A stretch of DNA of 64,000 nucleotides from Acidimicrobiia bacterium (lineage in GTDB: Bacteria > Actinomycetota > Acidimicrobiia > Spongiisociales > UBA11373): assembly GCA_036478235.1 (NCBI GenBank), contig JAZGDZ010000097.1:33058-97057 (forward strand), in the 5' to 3' direction. Under the pieces are notes generated by a model. It saw only the letters and a program-made list of their open reading frames with translations, did not search any database and was not told where the DNA came from. Position 1 is the stretch's first letter, and every line of letters starts with the position of its first letter. Of the stretch, positions 19,140 through 28,995 are shown piece by piece. A program made the position numbers and the translations under genes.

Positions 19140-19447
19140 GCAATTGTCATCGAAGCGATTCGGTGGCGACCGAAGAAGTCGGCAACGGCTTCGGAGGCGG
19201 GTTCCGACCTCGCTCCCTTCGGGGAGGGGCGCCCAAGCCGAAAGGCGGAAGGCGGTCGCCGGATCCAGACCATGACATCGGGCTCGTTCCGAGGTCTAGG
19301 CATCGGGGTAATTGCAAGGTTACTTCGTACGAGGAACCCCGAGAGGGCGAGGGCTCCGGCCCGGACTTTCTCGGGGTTTCCTCTTTTCTCCCCGGCGGGT
19401 CCCCTGCACCCCGCCTCCTCCGCAGCGTGGGGCCCCTGCCCCACGGC

Positions 19448-19880
19448 GGCCGTGTTTTCTCCCGGGCGGGTTCCCCGCAGCCGACCCTCGCTCGGCGCGA
19501 TCAGTAATTAGAGATCAGCCATTGGAGCGACCTGCGGTCGGCGATCCTCGCTTCGCTCGGTGCGATCGCCCGGCGAGCACAGCGAGCCGACGACCCGAAT
19601 CCGATTGCCCGGCGAGCGCAGCGAGCCGATCGCCACGGCTCTCGGCTACTGGTGACTGGTGACCGGTGACTGACCCCGGCCGTGTTTTCTCCCCGGCGGG
19701 TCCCCTGTAGCCGAGCTTCGCTCGGAGAAATAGCGATCAGCCATTGGAGCGACCTGCGGTCGGCGATCCTCGCTTCGCTCGGTGCGATCGCCCGGCGAGC
19801 ACAGCGAGCCGACGACCCGAATCCGATTGCCCGGTGAGCGCAGCGAGCCGATCGCCACGGCTCTCGGCCAAGGGCCAATG
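19448..19880. repeat. Tandem duplication, two copies of a 230-bp unit
   Basis: About 145 bp near-identical in both units (19514-19657 vs 19735-19878); internal 22-bp sub-repeat GCCCGGCGAGCRCAGCGAGCCGA twice per unit. Confidence 0.85.
19637..19668 (+). repeat. Heptamer micro-array (GACTGGT-type, about 3.5 copies) between the two 230-bp units
   Basis: CTACTGGTGACTGGTGACCGGTGACTGACC. Confidence 0.7.
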
Positions 19881-19894
19881 GCTATCGTCTCTTC

Positions 19895-20512
19895 ATGGCC
19901 TACCCCCGCAGATTGCTCACCGGCGGCGAGTCGGTGGTTCGCGAGTTTCGGCCGCACTGGCGCCTCCTCGTCATCCCGGTGTCATGGGCGCTGGTCGGGA
20001 TCGCCGCCATCGTCGCCACCTGGGGGGTGGCGCCGGACAATGAGCCGTTCGACTGGATAGTGACCGGCGCGGTCGTGCTCGCCTCGCTCCGGCTGGTGTT
20101 CTACCCATTCATCTCGTGGTGGTTCACGTCCTACGTCCTCACCAACGAGCGGCTCATCCGTCGTAGCGGAATCCTGTCCCGGGCCGGACTGGAGATCCCG
20201 CTGGAGAACATCAACGACATTCGCTTCACCCAGACGATCCTCGAGAGGGTGCTGCGCAGCGGCGACGTGTTGGTGGAATCCGCCGGCGAAAAGGGACAGT
20301 CGCGCTTTTCGGACATCCCGACGCCGGAAGACTTCCACAGCCTCATCTACAAGGTGCGCGAGGTGCGCGCTCGCGATCTTGCCGAGGGCGGGGGCGCCGA
20401 GGGATCCGACGGTGTGTCCAAGCTGGAACGCCTCGGACGGCTCCTCAGGGAGGGGCTCATCACTCAGGAGGAGTACGACTCCAAGAAGCACGCCTTCCTC
20501 GACGAGATCTGA
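19895..20512 (+). CDS. Membrane protein with bacterial PH (YdbT-like) domain and C-terminal SHOCT domain
   Basis: Two TM helices then a PH-like segment; C-terminal KLERLGRLLREGLITQEEYDSKK matches the SHOCT motif. Confidence 0.7.
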   Translation: MAYPRRLLTGGESVVREFRPHWRLLVIPVSWALVGIAAIVATWGVAPDNEPFDWIVTGAVVLASLRLVFYPFISWWFTSYVLTNERLIRRSGILSRAGLEIPLENINDIRFTQTILERVLRSGDVLVESAGEKGQSRFSDIPTPEDFHSLIYKVREVRARDLAEGGGAEGSDGVSKLERLGRLLREGLITQEEYDSKKHAFLDEI

Positions 20513-20543
20513 TCGGTAGGGTGCCCGGGCTGGAGGTGCCGCC

Positions 20544-22169
20544 GTGCCGCACATGATGGATGACTTCCCCCTGCTGTTGTCCACCCTCTACGACCGCGCC
20601 GTCCTTCTCCACCCGGAGCGGGAGATCGTCTCGGTGGAGCACGACCGGTCGATCGTGCGCACCAATTACGGCGAAACCGACGGCCGGATCCGGCGGCTCG
20701 CCGGTGCGCTGCGAGATGACTTGGGTGTATCCCAGGGCGAGGCGGTGGCGACGTTCGCCTGGAACAACCGGCGCCATCACGAGATCTACTGGGCGACGGC
20801 CAACACCGGGCGGATCTGTCACACGCTCAACATCCGGCTCTTTCCGGACCAATTGACCTTCATCGTGGATCACGCAGGCGACAAGGTGGTCTTCGTCGAT
20901 CCGGACCTCGTTCCTCTGGTGGAGCGGTTCGCCGACAGGGTGGACTGTGTCGAGACCTACGTCGTGATGGGGGATTCGGTTCCGACCACCTCACTGACCA
21001 ACGCCATCGCCTACGAGGACCTCATCGCCGCCGCCGCTCCCTGGGGAGATTGGCCGATGCTCGACGAGCGGTCGCCGATGATGCTGTGCTACACGTCCGG
21101 AACGACCGGCAACCCGAAGGGGGTCGCCTACACCCAGCGCTCCACCTATCTGCACACGATCAGCAATCTCGCCGCGCGGCCGTTGCATCCCACCGACACG
21201 ATGCTCCCGGTGGTTCCGATGTTCCACGCCGCCGCCTGGGGCTACCCGTTCATGGCGACGACCGCCGGGTCCAGGATCGTCTACCCGGGGCCCGAAATGA
21301 CCCCCGAAGGGCTCGTTCGCCTGTTCGAGCAGGAGCGGGTCACCTTCTCAGCCGGGGTGCCCACGATCTGGATCGGGATCCAGCAGTACCTGATGGAGCA
21401 CCCCGAGGCGGATATCAGTTCGATCGACACGTTCCTCTGCGGCGGCTCGGCGGTACCCCGGGCTCTCATCGAGTGGTTCGCGACCGAGCGCGACATCCTC
21501 ATACTCCAGGGGTGGGGAATGACGGAGACCAATCCCATCGCATCGATCGCCATGCTCAAGCCGGAACACGAGGAGCTGGATCTCGACGAGCGGCTCGACC
21601 GGCTCGAGACAGCCGGTGTCCCGGTGGCCGGGCTCCAGGTCAAGATCGTCGACGAGTCGGGTGACGAACTGCCGTGGGACGGCGCGGCCTTCGGTGAGCT
21701 GCTGATTCGTGGTCCCTGGATCGCCGCCGAGTACTACCGGAATCCACGCACCTCGGAGTCGTTCAGTGACGGCTGGCTGCGGACGGGCGACGTGTGCAAG
21801 ATCACGCCCGAGGGGTACATCGTCATCACGGACCGGGCCAAGGACGTGATCAAGTCGGGCGGGGAGTGGATCTCCTCCCTCGACCTGGAGCGGGAGTTGA
21901 TGGCTCATCCCGCGGTCGCCGAGGCGGCTGTGATCGGGGTCAAGCACGTCAGATGGCAGGAGCGGCCTCTGGCGGTCGTTGTCAGGCGCCCCGGGATGGA
22001 TGTGACGGCCGACGAACTGCTCGAGCACCTCGGCCACCGGGTCGTCAAGTGGTGGCTTCCCGACGTCATCGACTTTGTCGAGGAGCTGCCCAAGACGGGC
22101 ACAGGGAAGTTCGACAAGAAGGTCGTGCGGGAACGGTACGCGGAGATGCTGCTCGATGATGATGCCTGA
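20544..22169 (+). CDS. Long-chain acyl-CoA synthetase (AMP-dependent ligase, FadD-like)
   Basis: [14 protein letters not shown]-binding motif; C-terminal GWLRTGD and PKTGTGK motifs. Confidence 0.85.
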   Translation: MPHMMDDFPLLLSTLYDRAVLLHPEREIVSVEHDRSIVRTNYGETDGRIRRLAGALRDDLGVSQGEAVATFAWNNRRHHEIYWATANTGRICHTLNIRLFPDQLTFIVDHAGDKVVFVDPDLVPLVERFADRVDCVETYVVMGDSVPTTSLTNAIAYEDLIAAAAPWGDWPMLDERSPMMLCYTSGTTGNPKGVAYTQRSTYLHTISNLAARPLHPTDTMLPVVPMFHAAAWGYPFMATTAGSRIVYPGPEMTPEGLVRLFEQERVTFSAGVPTIWIGIQQYLMEHPEADISSIDTFLCGGSAVPRALIEWFATERDILILQGWGMTETNPIASIAMLKPEHEELDLDERLDRLETAGVPVAGLQVKIVDESGDELPWDGAAFGELLIRGPWIAAEYYRNPRTSESFSDGWLRTGDVCKITPEGYIVITDRAKDVIKSGGEWISSLDLERELMAHPAVAEAAVIGVKHVRWQERPLAVVVRRPGMDVTADELLEHLGHRVVKWWLPDVIDFVEELPKTGTGKFDKKVVRERYAEMLLDDDA

Positions 22170-22623
22170 CACGCCTGCGACGCGGGAGGTCGCCGCCTCG
22201 GGCCTCGAGCATCGGGTCGTCGCCTACGGCGAGGTCTCCAGCCTCGAAGAGGCCGCGGAGAAGCGTGGCGTTCCGGTGCACAAGGTGATGAAGTCGCTCG
22301 TCGTGCGCACCGACCCCGACGAGTTCGTCATGGTGATCGTCCCCGGTGACCGGGTCATCGACTGGCCCCGGCTTCGAAAAGTGGTGGGGTCTTCGCGGAT
22401 GTCGCTGGCTCCCGCTGAGAAGGCGCTGGCGGTGACCGGCTACCCGAGCGGCGCCATCACTCCGTTCGGGTCGAAGCGGTCGCTTCCGGTGATCCTCGAC
22501 GCCTCCGCCGAAGGCGAGATCTCGCTGGGTGGTGGAGCCCACGGGGTGTCGATCCATCTGGATACGGAGGACCTCGTCGCCCACACCGGGGCCACTGTCG
22601 CCCAGGTGACCAAGCCGCGCTAG
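22156..22623 (+). CDS. ybaK: YbaK/ProX-type aminoacyl-tRNA deacylase
   Basis: YbaK/EbsC domain (PGDRVIDWPRL...GYPSGAITPFG); ATGATGATG start overlapping the acyl-CoA ligase stop. Confidence 0.75.
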   Translation: MMMPDTPATREVAASGLEHRVVAYGEVSSLEEAAEKRGVPVHKVMKSLVVRTDPDEFVMVIVPGDRVIDWPRLRKVVGSSRMSLAPAEKALAVTGYPSGAITPFGSKRSLPVILDASAEGEISLGGGAHGVSIHLDTEDLVAHTGATVAQVTKPR

Positions 22624-22728
22624 CAAGAGGCTTCAGTCTTCGAGGCCGGTCCTTTACGTAGGAGATCAGGGCCTTTGGGCCCTGATCTGGAGTCCTCCGG
22701 TAGTGCGGACTCGGGGTAACTTCGCGAC

Positions 22729-24195
22729 ATGAAGGTTCTGGTGAGCGGGGCCACCGGCTACATCGGCGGCCGCCTCGTCCCCCGTCTCCTCGAGGGCGGG
22801 TTCGAAGTGCGTTGCATGACTCGGGATCCGGAGCAACTGGCGCTGGACCCCTGGCGGAACGAGGTCGAGGTGGTGAGGGCGGATGCGCTCGATCGAGCCG
22901 CACTCGCGCCGGCGCTGCGGGGATGCGATGCCGCCTACTACCTGATCCATTCGATGGGAGGCGGGCGCGGCGACTTTGCCGAGACCGATCGGCGGGCGGC
23001 AGAGAACTTCCGCGACGCCGCCGACGCCGTCGGACTGAAGCGATTGGTCTTCCTGGGCGGTCTTGGTTCCGATCGGGAGGACCTCTCGGAGCACCTGGCC
23101 AGTCGCCATGAGGTGGGACAGGTGCTTCGCTCTGGTCGCACCCCGGTCACGGCGCTGAGGGCGGCGGTGATCATCGGGTCCGGCTCGATATCGTTCGAAA
23201 TGATCCGGCACCTCACCGAGGTGCTCCCGATCATGATGCGGCCGCGCTGGGTCAGGGCGAAGTGCCAGCCGATCGGCATCCGCAACGTCCTGGCGATCCT
23301 GGTCTCCGTCCTGGACGACCCCGAGCCCGTCGACCGGATCTACGACATCGGCGGGCCCGACATCCTCACCTATCAAGAGATGATGCAGGTGTACGCCGAC
23401 GTGGCCGGCCTGCGCAAGCGCATTGTCATCCCGCTGCCCATCTTCAGCTCGTGGCTGTCGTCGCTCTTCGTCGGGCTGGCCACGCCGCTGCCTGCGGCGA
23501 TGGCCCGACCCCTCATCGACAGCGTGTCACACGATGTCGTGGTCAACAATCCGTCACCTCCGGGGTTCGACCCATCCGACCTGCTCACGTATCGCGTGTC
23601 TGTGGAACTGGCGCTGACTCGTATCTTGCGTGCCGAAGTTGAAACCCGCTGGTCGGACGCCGGGTCCACGCCGTCGGCGCCGATGCCGCACGATCCAGCC
23701 TGGTCGGGAGCCAAGATGTACGTCGATCGCCGCGTCGTCTCCTCGTCGGCGCCGCCCGACGACCTGCTGTGGGCGGTGGCCCGGGTCGGCGGCGACGTCG
23801 GCTACTACTCGATGAACTGGGCCTGGCGGCTGCGGGGCTGGTTCGACCGGCTGGTCGGCGGGGTCGGGCTGCGGCGCGGCCGGCGCGATCCCGAGGAGCT
23901 GCGGCCCGGAGAGGCGCTCGACTTCTTTCGGGTGGTCGAGATGGTTCCCGATCGGCGCCGGCTGACTCTGCAGGCCGAGATGAAGGTGCCGGGCACTGCA
24001 TGGCTGGCGTGGTCGGTCGAGCCGACGGAAGCCGGCAGCCGGCTCATCCAGGCCGCCCGCTTTGCGCCGCGCGGCCTCTTCGGGAGGCTCTACTGGCATG
24101 TGTTGCTCCCGTTCCACGCCCCGATCTTCAAGCGGATGGCGAGAAACATGGCGAAGACCGCCGAGAAGCGGGATCGGAGCCAGTCGCGGGTTTGA
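22729..24195 (+). CDS. NAD(P)-binding NmrA/SDR-like domain fused to a DUF2867-like C-terminal domain
   Basis: MKVLVSGATGYIGGRLV Rossmann start; about 200-aa C-terminal extension. Confidence 0.75.
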   Translation: MKVLVSGATGYIGGRLVPRLLEGGFEVRCMTRDPEQLALDPWRNEVEVVRADALDRAALAPALRGCDAAYYLIHSMGGGRGDFAETDRRAAENFRDAADAVGLKRLVFLGGLGSDREDLSEHLASRHEVGQVLRSGRTPVTALRAAVIIGSGSISFEMIRHLTEVLPIMMRPRWVRAKCQPIGIRNVLAILVSVLDDPEPVDRIYDIGGPDILTYQEMMQVYADVAGLRKRIVIPLPIFSSWLSSLFVGLATPLPAAMARPLIDSVSHDVVVNNPSPPGFDPSDLLTYRVSVELALTRILRAEVETRWSDAGSTPSAPMPHDPAWSGAKMYVDRRVVSSSAPPDDLLWAVARVGGDVGYYSMNWAWRLRGWFDRLVGGVGLRRGRRDPEELRPGEALDFFRVVEMVPDRRRLTLQAEMKVPGTAWLAWSVEPTEAGSRLIQAARFAPRGLFGRLYWHVLLPFHAPIFKRMARNMAKTAEKRDRSQSRV

Positions 24196-24233
24196 GGGCC
24201 CGGGTTTCCCCGCCGGAAGCGTCGCCGATCTGA

Positions 24234-24629
24234 GTGATGGCATCACTCAGCAGGCTCCTAGCATCACCTCCGATGCGTGGGGTGCACTCCAACTGGTTCT
24301 ACGTCGCGGTCGTCACCAACGGCCTCGCCGGACTGTGGGGTCTGGGGCTGGTGGTGCTGAAGAAACCGGTCACCCCGATCTTTCACTGGGCGGCAGGAAC
24401 GGCGGTGGTGGCGATGCTGCTCCAGGTCGGGTTCGGCCTGGTCCTGTACGCCCAGGGGGTCCGGCCCGGGGACGACTTCCACCTCTTCTACGGCTTCGTG
24501 ATCCTGTTCACATTCACGTTCGCCTACATCTACCGGGCGCAGATCTCGAGGCGGCCGGCGCTGTCGTGGGGTCTGCTGCTGCTGTTCGTCATGGGGCTGG
24601 GGCTGCGCGCCTGGTCCAACGTCACCTAG
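24234..24629 (+). CDS. Hypothetical integral membrane protein
   Basis: Four hydrophobic segments; start uncertain (ATG 24234 or 24273). Confidence 0.5.
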   Translation: MMASLSRLLASPPMRGVHSNWFYVAVVTNGLAGLWGLGLVVLKKPVTPIFHWAAGTAVVAMLLQVGFGLVLYAQGVRPGDDFHLFYGFVILFTFTFAYIYRAQISRRPALSWGLLLLFVMGLGLRAWSNVT

Positions 24630-24635
24630 TGCCCT

Positions 24636-24795
24636 GTCCGGTAACGTTGCCGATGTTGAGGGCGAGGCAGGGGAGTCGTCTGGCAAGGACGCAGGACGAA
24701 GGCGCACTAGGCCGTGCGTCGAGGACGAGGACACAGCCAGCGGCGTCACTGGACGTCCTGAACGCGGCGAACGTTGCTGGTCGGGGCATTGGGAG
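24636..24795. repeat. Interspersed repeat family C, copy 1
   Basis: Shares CCGGTRACGTTGSYGATGTTGAGGGCGAGGCAGGGG...GAGGACGAGGACRCAGCCAGMGGCGTCACTGGACGTCCTGAACGCGGC..ACGTTGCYGGTCGGGG with 39683-39912. Confidence 0.7.
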
Positions 24796-24801
24796 GGACT
24801 G

Positions 24802-25596
24802 GTGCTGCTAGAAGGCAAGCGTCTCGTTATCACCGGAGTGCTCACAGACGACTCCATTGCGTGGCACACCGCTCGGGTCGCCCTGGAGGAGGGCGCGGAG
24901 ATAGTGCTGACCGGTTTCGGCCGGGGAATGCGGCTGACGAAGCGGGTGGCCGGCCGACTGCCGAGCACCCCGGACGTGATCGAGCTCGACATCAACGAGC
25001 CGGCTCACATGGAGGCGCTTGCCGCCGATCTCGAGGCCCGCTGGGGGGCGGTCGACGGCGCCGTGCACGCCATCGCCTTTGCGCCGGCCGACGCCCTCGG
25101 AGGCGCCTTCCTCGACACGCCCGCCGACAGCGCGGCGACCGCCTTCACCACCTCGGCGTTCTCCTACAAGACGCTGGCGGTCGGGCTGCTGCCTCTGATG
25201 CAGAAGGCCGGAGGCGGGTCGCTGGTAACCCTCGACTTCGACAACACCCAGGCCTGGCCGGCATACGACTGGATGGGGGTCGCCAAGTCGGCGCTCGAGT
25301 CGGTGACCCGCTACCTGGCGCGGGATCTCGGGAAGCACAACATCAGGGTGAACGCGGTGTCGGCGGGGCCGCTGGGGACTGTCGCCGCCAAGAACATTCC
25401 CGGCTTTTCCCAGTTCCAGAACGTGTGGGCTGAACGCGCTCCGCTGGGCTGGGACACGGGTGACCCGGATCCTGTGGCCCGGATGATCGCCGTGCTGTTG
25501 AGCGATTGGGCTTCCAAGACCTCCGGCGAGATAGTGCACGTCGACGGCGGTTTCCACGCCATCGCGGCAGGCACCCGACCTCCCGCCGAGGATTAG
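24802..25596 (+). CDS. inhA: NADH-dependent enoyl-ACP reductase (InhA/FabI)
   Basis: Near-collinear with M. tuberculosis InhA (LEGKRLVITG..DSSIA..., VAKSALES, YLARDLGKHNIRVNAVSAGP); followed by ferrochelatase as in the mycobacterial inhA-hemZ operon. Confidence 0.9.
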   Translation: MLLEGKRLVITGVLTDDSIAWHTARVALEEGAEIVLTGFGRGMRLTKRVAGRLPSTPDVIELDINEPAHMEALAADLEARWGAVDGAVHAIAFAPADALGGAFLDTPADSAATAFTTSAFSYKTLAVGLLPLMQKAGGGSLVTLDFDNTQAWPAYDWMGVAKSALESVTRYLARDLGKHNIRVNAVSAGPLGTVAAKNIPGFSQFQNVWAERAPLGWDTGDPDPVARMIAVLLSDWASKTSGEIVHVDGGFHAIAAGTRPPAED

Positions 25597-25720
25597 GGCC
25601 AGACGTCTCCGACCAACACGAGAGGGCAACCGCGAAACGGGTGTCTCGTGACCCGCATCGGATGCCCAGGGCGTCGCTCCTTACTGCCATTCAACCCAAG
25701 GCCGACGGCTGTCCTAACTT

Positions 25721-26764
25721 GTGGTTTCCATGACTACCGATTCTCGACCCACAGGGGTACTACTGCTCCAGCTCGGGACACCCGATTCCACCAAAGTCTC
25801 CGACGTGCGCACCTACCTGAGGGAGTTTCTCTCCGATCCCCGTGTTCTCGACATGCCCGGACCTGCCCGGGCTCTCCTCCTCAACGTGGTGATCCTCCCC
25901 TTCCGCCCTCGGCGATCAGCCAAGCAGTACGAGAAGATCTGGACCGAGGAAGGCTCACCGTTGACCATCCACACCGACGCCCTCACCTCGAGAGTCCAGG
26001 AGATCCTCGGCGACAGTTATCGGGTGGTATACGGGATGCGCTACCAGAATCCACCGATCCGCCAGGCGGTCGATCATCTCATCGCCGATGGCTGTGACCG
26101 CATCGTCGTTCTTCCCCTCTTCCCTCAATATGCGTCGGCCTCGACTGGCTCCGCGCTCGAAAAAGCGCTCCAGGTGATCGGCGAGCGCTGGAATCTCCCG
26201 GACGTCGTCACCGTCGGAGCCTTTTACGACGAGGTCGGTTATCTGCGGGCAGTGGCCGAAGTAGCCCGGCCGTATCTGGAAGCTTTCCAGCCCGATCACG
26301 TCCTGCTCAGCTACCACGGGCTACCGGAAAAACAGGTCAAGAAGAGCGACTCGACCGGTGAGTGGTGTTTGGCCAGCGAATCCTGCTGTGATCGCATCAC
26401 CGAGGCCAACCGGTTCTGCTACCGGGCACAGTGCTTCGCCACCACCCGTGGGTTGGCCGCCGAGTTGGAACTCCAGGCAGGCAAGTTCAGCACCACATTT
26501 CAGTCCCGTCTCGCCGGTCAGAAGTGGATCGAGCCCTACACGGATGTCGAGCTGCCCAAGCTCTACGAGTCCGGCGTGGGTCGTATTGCGGTGCTCACCC
26601 CGTCCTTCACCGCGGATTGTCTGGAGACATTGGAGGAGATCGGGATCCGGCTTCGAGCTCAGTGGGAGCAGCTCGGAGGTGAGGACTTTCTCGTCGTTCC
26701 CTGTGTCAACGCCGAGCGGGTCTGGGCTTCAGCTGCTGCCGACATGGTGCGTAAGGCCAGCTGA
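25721..26764 (+). CDS. hemH: Ferrochelatase with a Cys-rich C-terminal insertion
   Basis: Ferrochelatase fold motifs (LLQLGTPDS, YQNPP); CLASESCCDRITEANRFCYRAQC segment resembles the actinobacterial Fe-S ferrochelatase insert. Confidence 0.9.
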   Translation: MVSMTTDSRPTGVLLLQLGTPDSTKVSDVRTYLREFLSDPRVLDMPGPARALLLNVVILPFRPRRSAKQYEKIWTEEGSPLTIHTDALTSRVQEILGDSYRVVYGMRYQNPPIRQAVDHLIADGCDRIVVLPLFPQYASASTGSALEKALQVIGERWNLPDVVTVGAFYDEVGYLRAVAEVARPYLEAFQPDHVLLSYHGLPEKQVKKSDSTGEWCLASESCCDRITEANRFCYRAQCFATTRGLAAELELQAGKFSTTFQSRLAGQKWIEPYTDVELPKLYESGVGRIAVLTPSFTADCLETLEEIGIRLRAQWEQLGGEDFLVVPCVNAERVWASAAADMVRKAS

Positions 26765-26843
26765 TCGAGTCAGGGAACTCGCACGAGATGTCGCCCTCTG
26801 AGGAAAGTCAGTCCGTCAGGACGGGGACCGATGGGTCGGCGCG

Positions 26844-27755
26844 ATGGGCAGAGTATCGGTGGAAGATGACAAGGTGAATCAGGCTCAAGTCGAGGAGTCA
26901 TATCGACGCTTGCAACAACGGTTCTGTGAGGCCGTGGAGACCGTCGACGGGAGGTCGGTTTTCGGCTCGGACCCGTGGGAGCGGCCGGGTGGTGGCGGCG
27001 GGCTGACCCGGATAATCAGCGGAGAGGGTCACATCGAGAAGGCGGCGGTGAACTTCTCGGCTGTGGCAGGTGCAACCCCGGCCGGTCTCTCGGAGCGGAT
27101 GGCGGTGGAAGGCAGCGAGTTCTATGCCGCGGGGGTGTCGATCATCGTCCATCCCAAGAACCCACACGCACCCACATTCCACGCCAATCTCCGCTTCTTC
27201 GAGACCGACACCGGATCGGCCTGGTTCGGTGGAGGAGCCGACCTCACTCCCTATTACCTGTATGAAGATGACGCCCGCCACTTTCATCGCGTGCTCAAAG
27301 AGGCTTGCGATGCCCATGATGTTGCCGACTATCGGGCATGGAAAAAGGCCTGCGACGAGTACTTCTATCTCCCAAACCGCAACGAGGCCCGTGGCGCCGG
27401 CGGCCTGTTCTTCGATCACCTCACCGATCGTCTCGAGGACGTATGGGCATTCCAAACAGATCTCGGGGAACGCCTGATCGAGGCCTATATCCCGATCTTG
27501 GAACGTCGGATCGAAGTGCCATATGGGGAATCGGAGACGATCTGGCATGAGATCCGGAGGGGTCGCTACGCCGAGTTCAACCTGGTGTTCGACCGTGGCA
27601 CCCGGTTCGGGCTGGAGACGTCGGGTCGGGTCGAGGCGATCCTCGCCTCGTTACCGCCCCGGGCTCGCTGGGTCTACGACCACCATCCGGAGCCACACAG
27701 CCCTGAAGCCACGCTGCTCGACATGGTCACCTCCCAACCCCGCGACTGGGTCTGA
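26844..27755 (+). CDS. hemF: Oxygen-dependent coproporphyrinogen III oxidase
   Basis: RPGGGGGLTRII, HPKNPHAPTFHANLRFFE, WFGGGADLTPYY signature blocks. Confidence 0.85.
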   Translation: MGRVSVEDDKVNQAQVEESYRRLQQRFCEAVETVDGRSVFGSDPWERPGGGGGLTRIISGEGHIEKAAVNFSAVAGATPAGLSERMAVEGSEFYAAGVSIIVHPKNPHAPTFHANLRFFETDTGSAWFGGGADLTPYYLYEDDARHFHRVLKEACDAHDVADYRAWKKACDEYFYLPNRNEARGAGGLFFDHLTDRLEDVWAFQTDLGERLIEAYIPILERRIEVPYGESETIWHEIRRGRYAEFNLVFDRGTRFGLETSGRVEAILASLPPRARWVYDHHPEPHSPEATLLDMVTSQPRDWV

Positions 27756-27825
27756 AAGAAGGTCCGGCTCGCATCTTGCCGACTCCGCGTCGGAGGGTCA
27801 GCCCGATACGCTTGTGTCTTAGCAA

Positions 27826-28995
27826 ATGGGTCTGATTCACTTGGATGTTTCGACGGCCAGCTTTGCCTATCCACAGCACAGTGGTGAGGTTCGCGCCGAG
27901 CTGGCGAAGCTGCTGACCAGGGCCGGCACCCTCGATAACGGCTTCGTCCTTTCCACATGTCTTCGCCTCGAAGTTACGGTTTCCGGCCTTCGACCCGAGC
28001 TCGACACCGCGTTAGAGGTGCTCTTCGGCGATCTCCCCGATGACATCCAACCCCAGATCCGCCAGGGTGATCGAGCCGTCACCCACTTGTTCCGGGTCGC
28101 GGCAGGTCTCGAATCGCCCGTCCTCGGCGAACAGGAGATCCTGACCCAGTTCCGCCGGGCGGTTCTCGAGGCCGAAGAGGCAGGGGCGATAGGGGGTCTG
28201 TTCTCCCATCTCCTCGAGATGGCGGTGTCGGTGGGAAGACAGACCCGGGACTTGCTTCCCGGCTCGCCTCACAACTCCATGGCGGCTGTCGTCGCTCAGG
28301 CCCTTGGGTCCGCCAGCCGGGTGGCGGTGCTCGGCTCGGGGATCATGGCCACCGCGGTTGCCGAAGGTCTTCTCCAGCTTCCGGTGCCACCCCATGTCAC
28401 GGTTGTGGCTCGTCATCCCGAGAAGGTGGCGCTGAGAGAGGGACTGGAGGTATGGGCTTTCGAGCGAGCCGCCGAGGCCTTGAGCACGTTCCCTGCCGTG
28501 GTCTCGGCAACCTCGGCCAAGCGACGTCTCGTCGACGACAAAACCATGGCGGCCGCGGTATCCGACAGAGATGCTCCGCTCACCCTGGTCGACATGGCCA
28601 TGCCGCCCGACTTCAGGCCTCCAGAAGCCGTCGCCATCACATATATCGATATCGACAACCTGGCCCGAATGGCTGACCGCCGCCCCCGGGCCGGAGAGGC
28701 GGACAGCTATGTGGAAACGGCTGCCAGCGACGCCTACCGTCAGTACAGGGACCACCACACGGTCGGTCCGTTGATCGGGGAGTTGATGCGCACCGCCGAC
28801 GACATCGTTGACCGCACCGTCGATCGGTTTGCAGGACGGCTCGGTAGCGGTAATGACGAGGCGGTGTTGCGACAGGCGGCCCACACTGTTGCTCGGACCC
28901 TTCTGGCCGGACCGGTCTCCTACGTGAAGCAGGTCGAACGGGCGCCGGAGGTCGTCGATGTCATCGCTGAAGCCTTCGGCGTCGACGATGAGTGA
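27826..28995 (+). CDS. hemA: Glutamyl-tRNA reductase
   Basis: LSTCLRLEV active-site region and NAD(P)-binding domain. Confidence 0.9.
   Translation: MGLIHLDVSTASFAYPQHSGEVRAELAKLLTRAGTLDNGFVLSTCLRLEVTVSGLRPELDTALEVLFGDLPDDIQPQIRQGDRAVTHLFRVAAGLESPVLGEQEILTQFRRAVLEAEEAGAIGGLFSHLLEMAVSVGRQTRDLLPGSPHNSMAAVVAQALGSASRVAVLGSGIMATAVAEGLLQLPVPPHVTVVARHPEKVALREGLEVWAFERAAEALSTFPAVVSATSAKRRLVDDKTMAAAVSDRDAPLTLVDMAMPPDFRPPEAVAITYIDIDNLARMADRRPRAGEADSYVETAASDAYRQYRDHHTVGPLIGELMRTADDIVDRTVDRFAGRLGSGNDEAVLRQAAHTVARTLLAGPVSYVKQVERAPEVVDVIAEAFGVDDE

Noticed and set aside
19340-19385. RNase P RNA P4-like string GAGAAAGTCCGGGCC on the minus strand
   Set aside because: The flanking sequence lacks the other universal RNase P blocks (AGGGCA, ACAGAACCCGGCUUA region), so this is a chance 10-mer inside a long local stem.
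19448-19880. CRISPR array
   Set aside because: Only two 230-bp units with no unique constant-length spacers and no cas genes. The heptamer arrays at 54526, 54970 and 59920 are microsatellites, not CRISPR.
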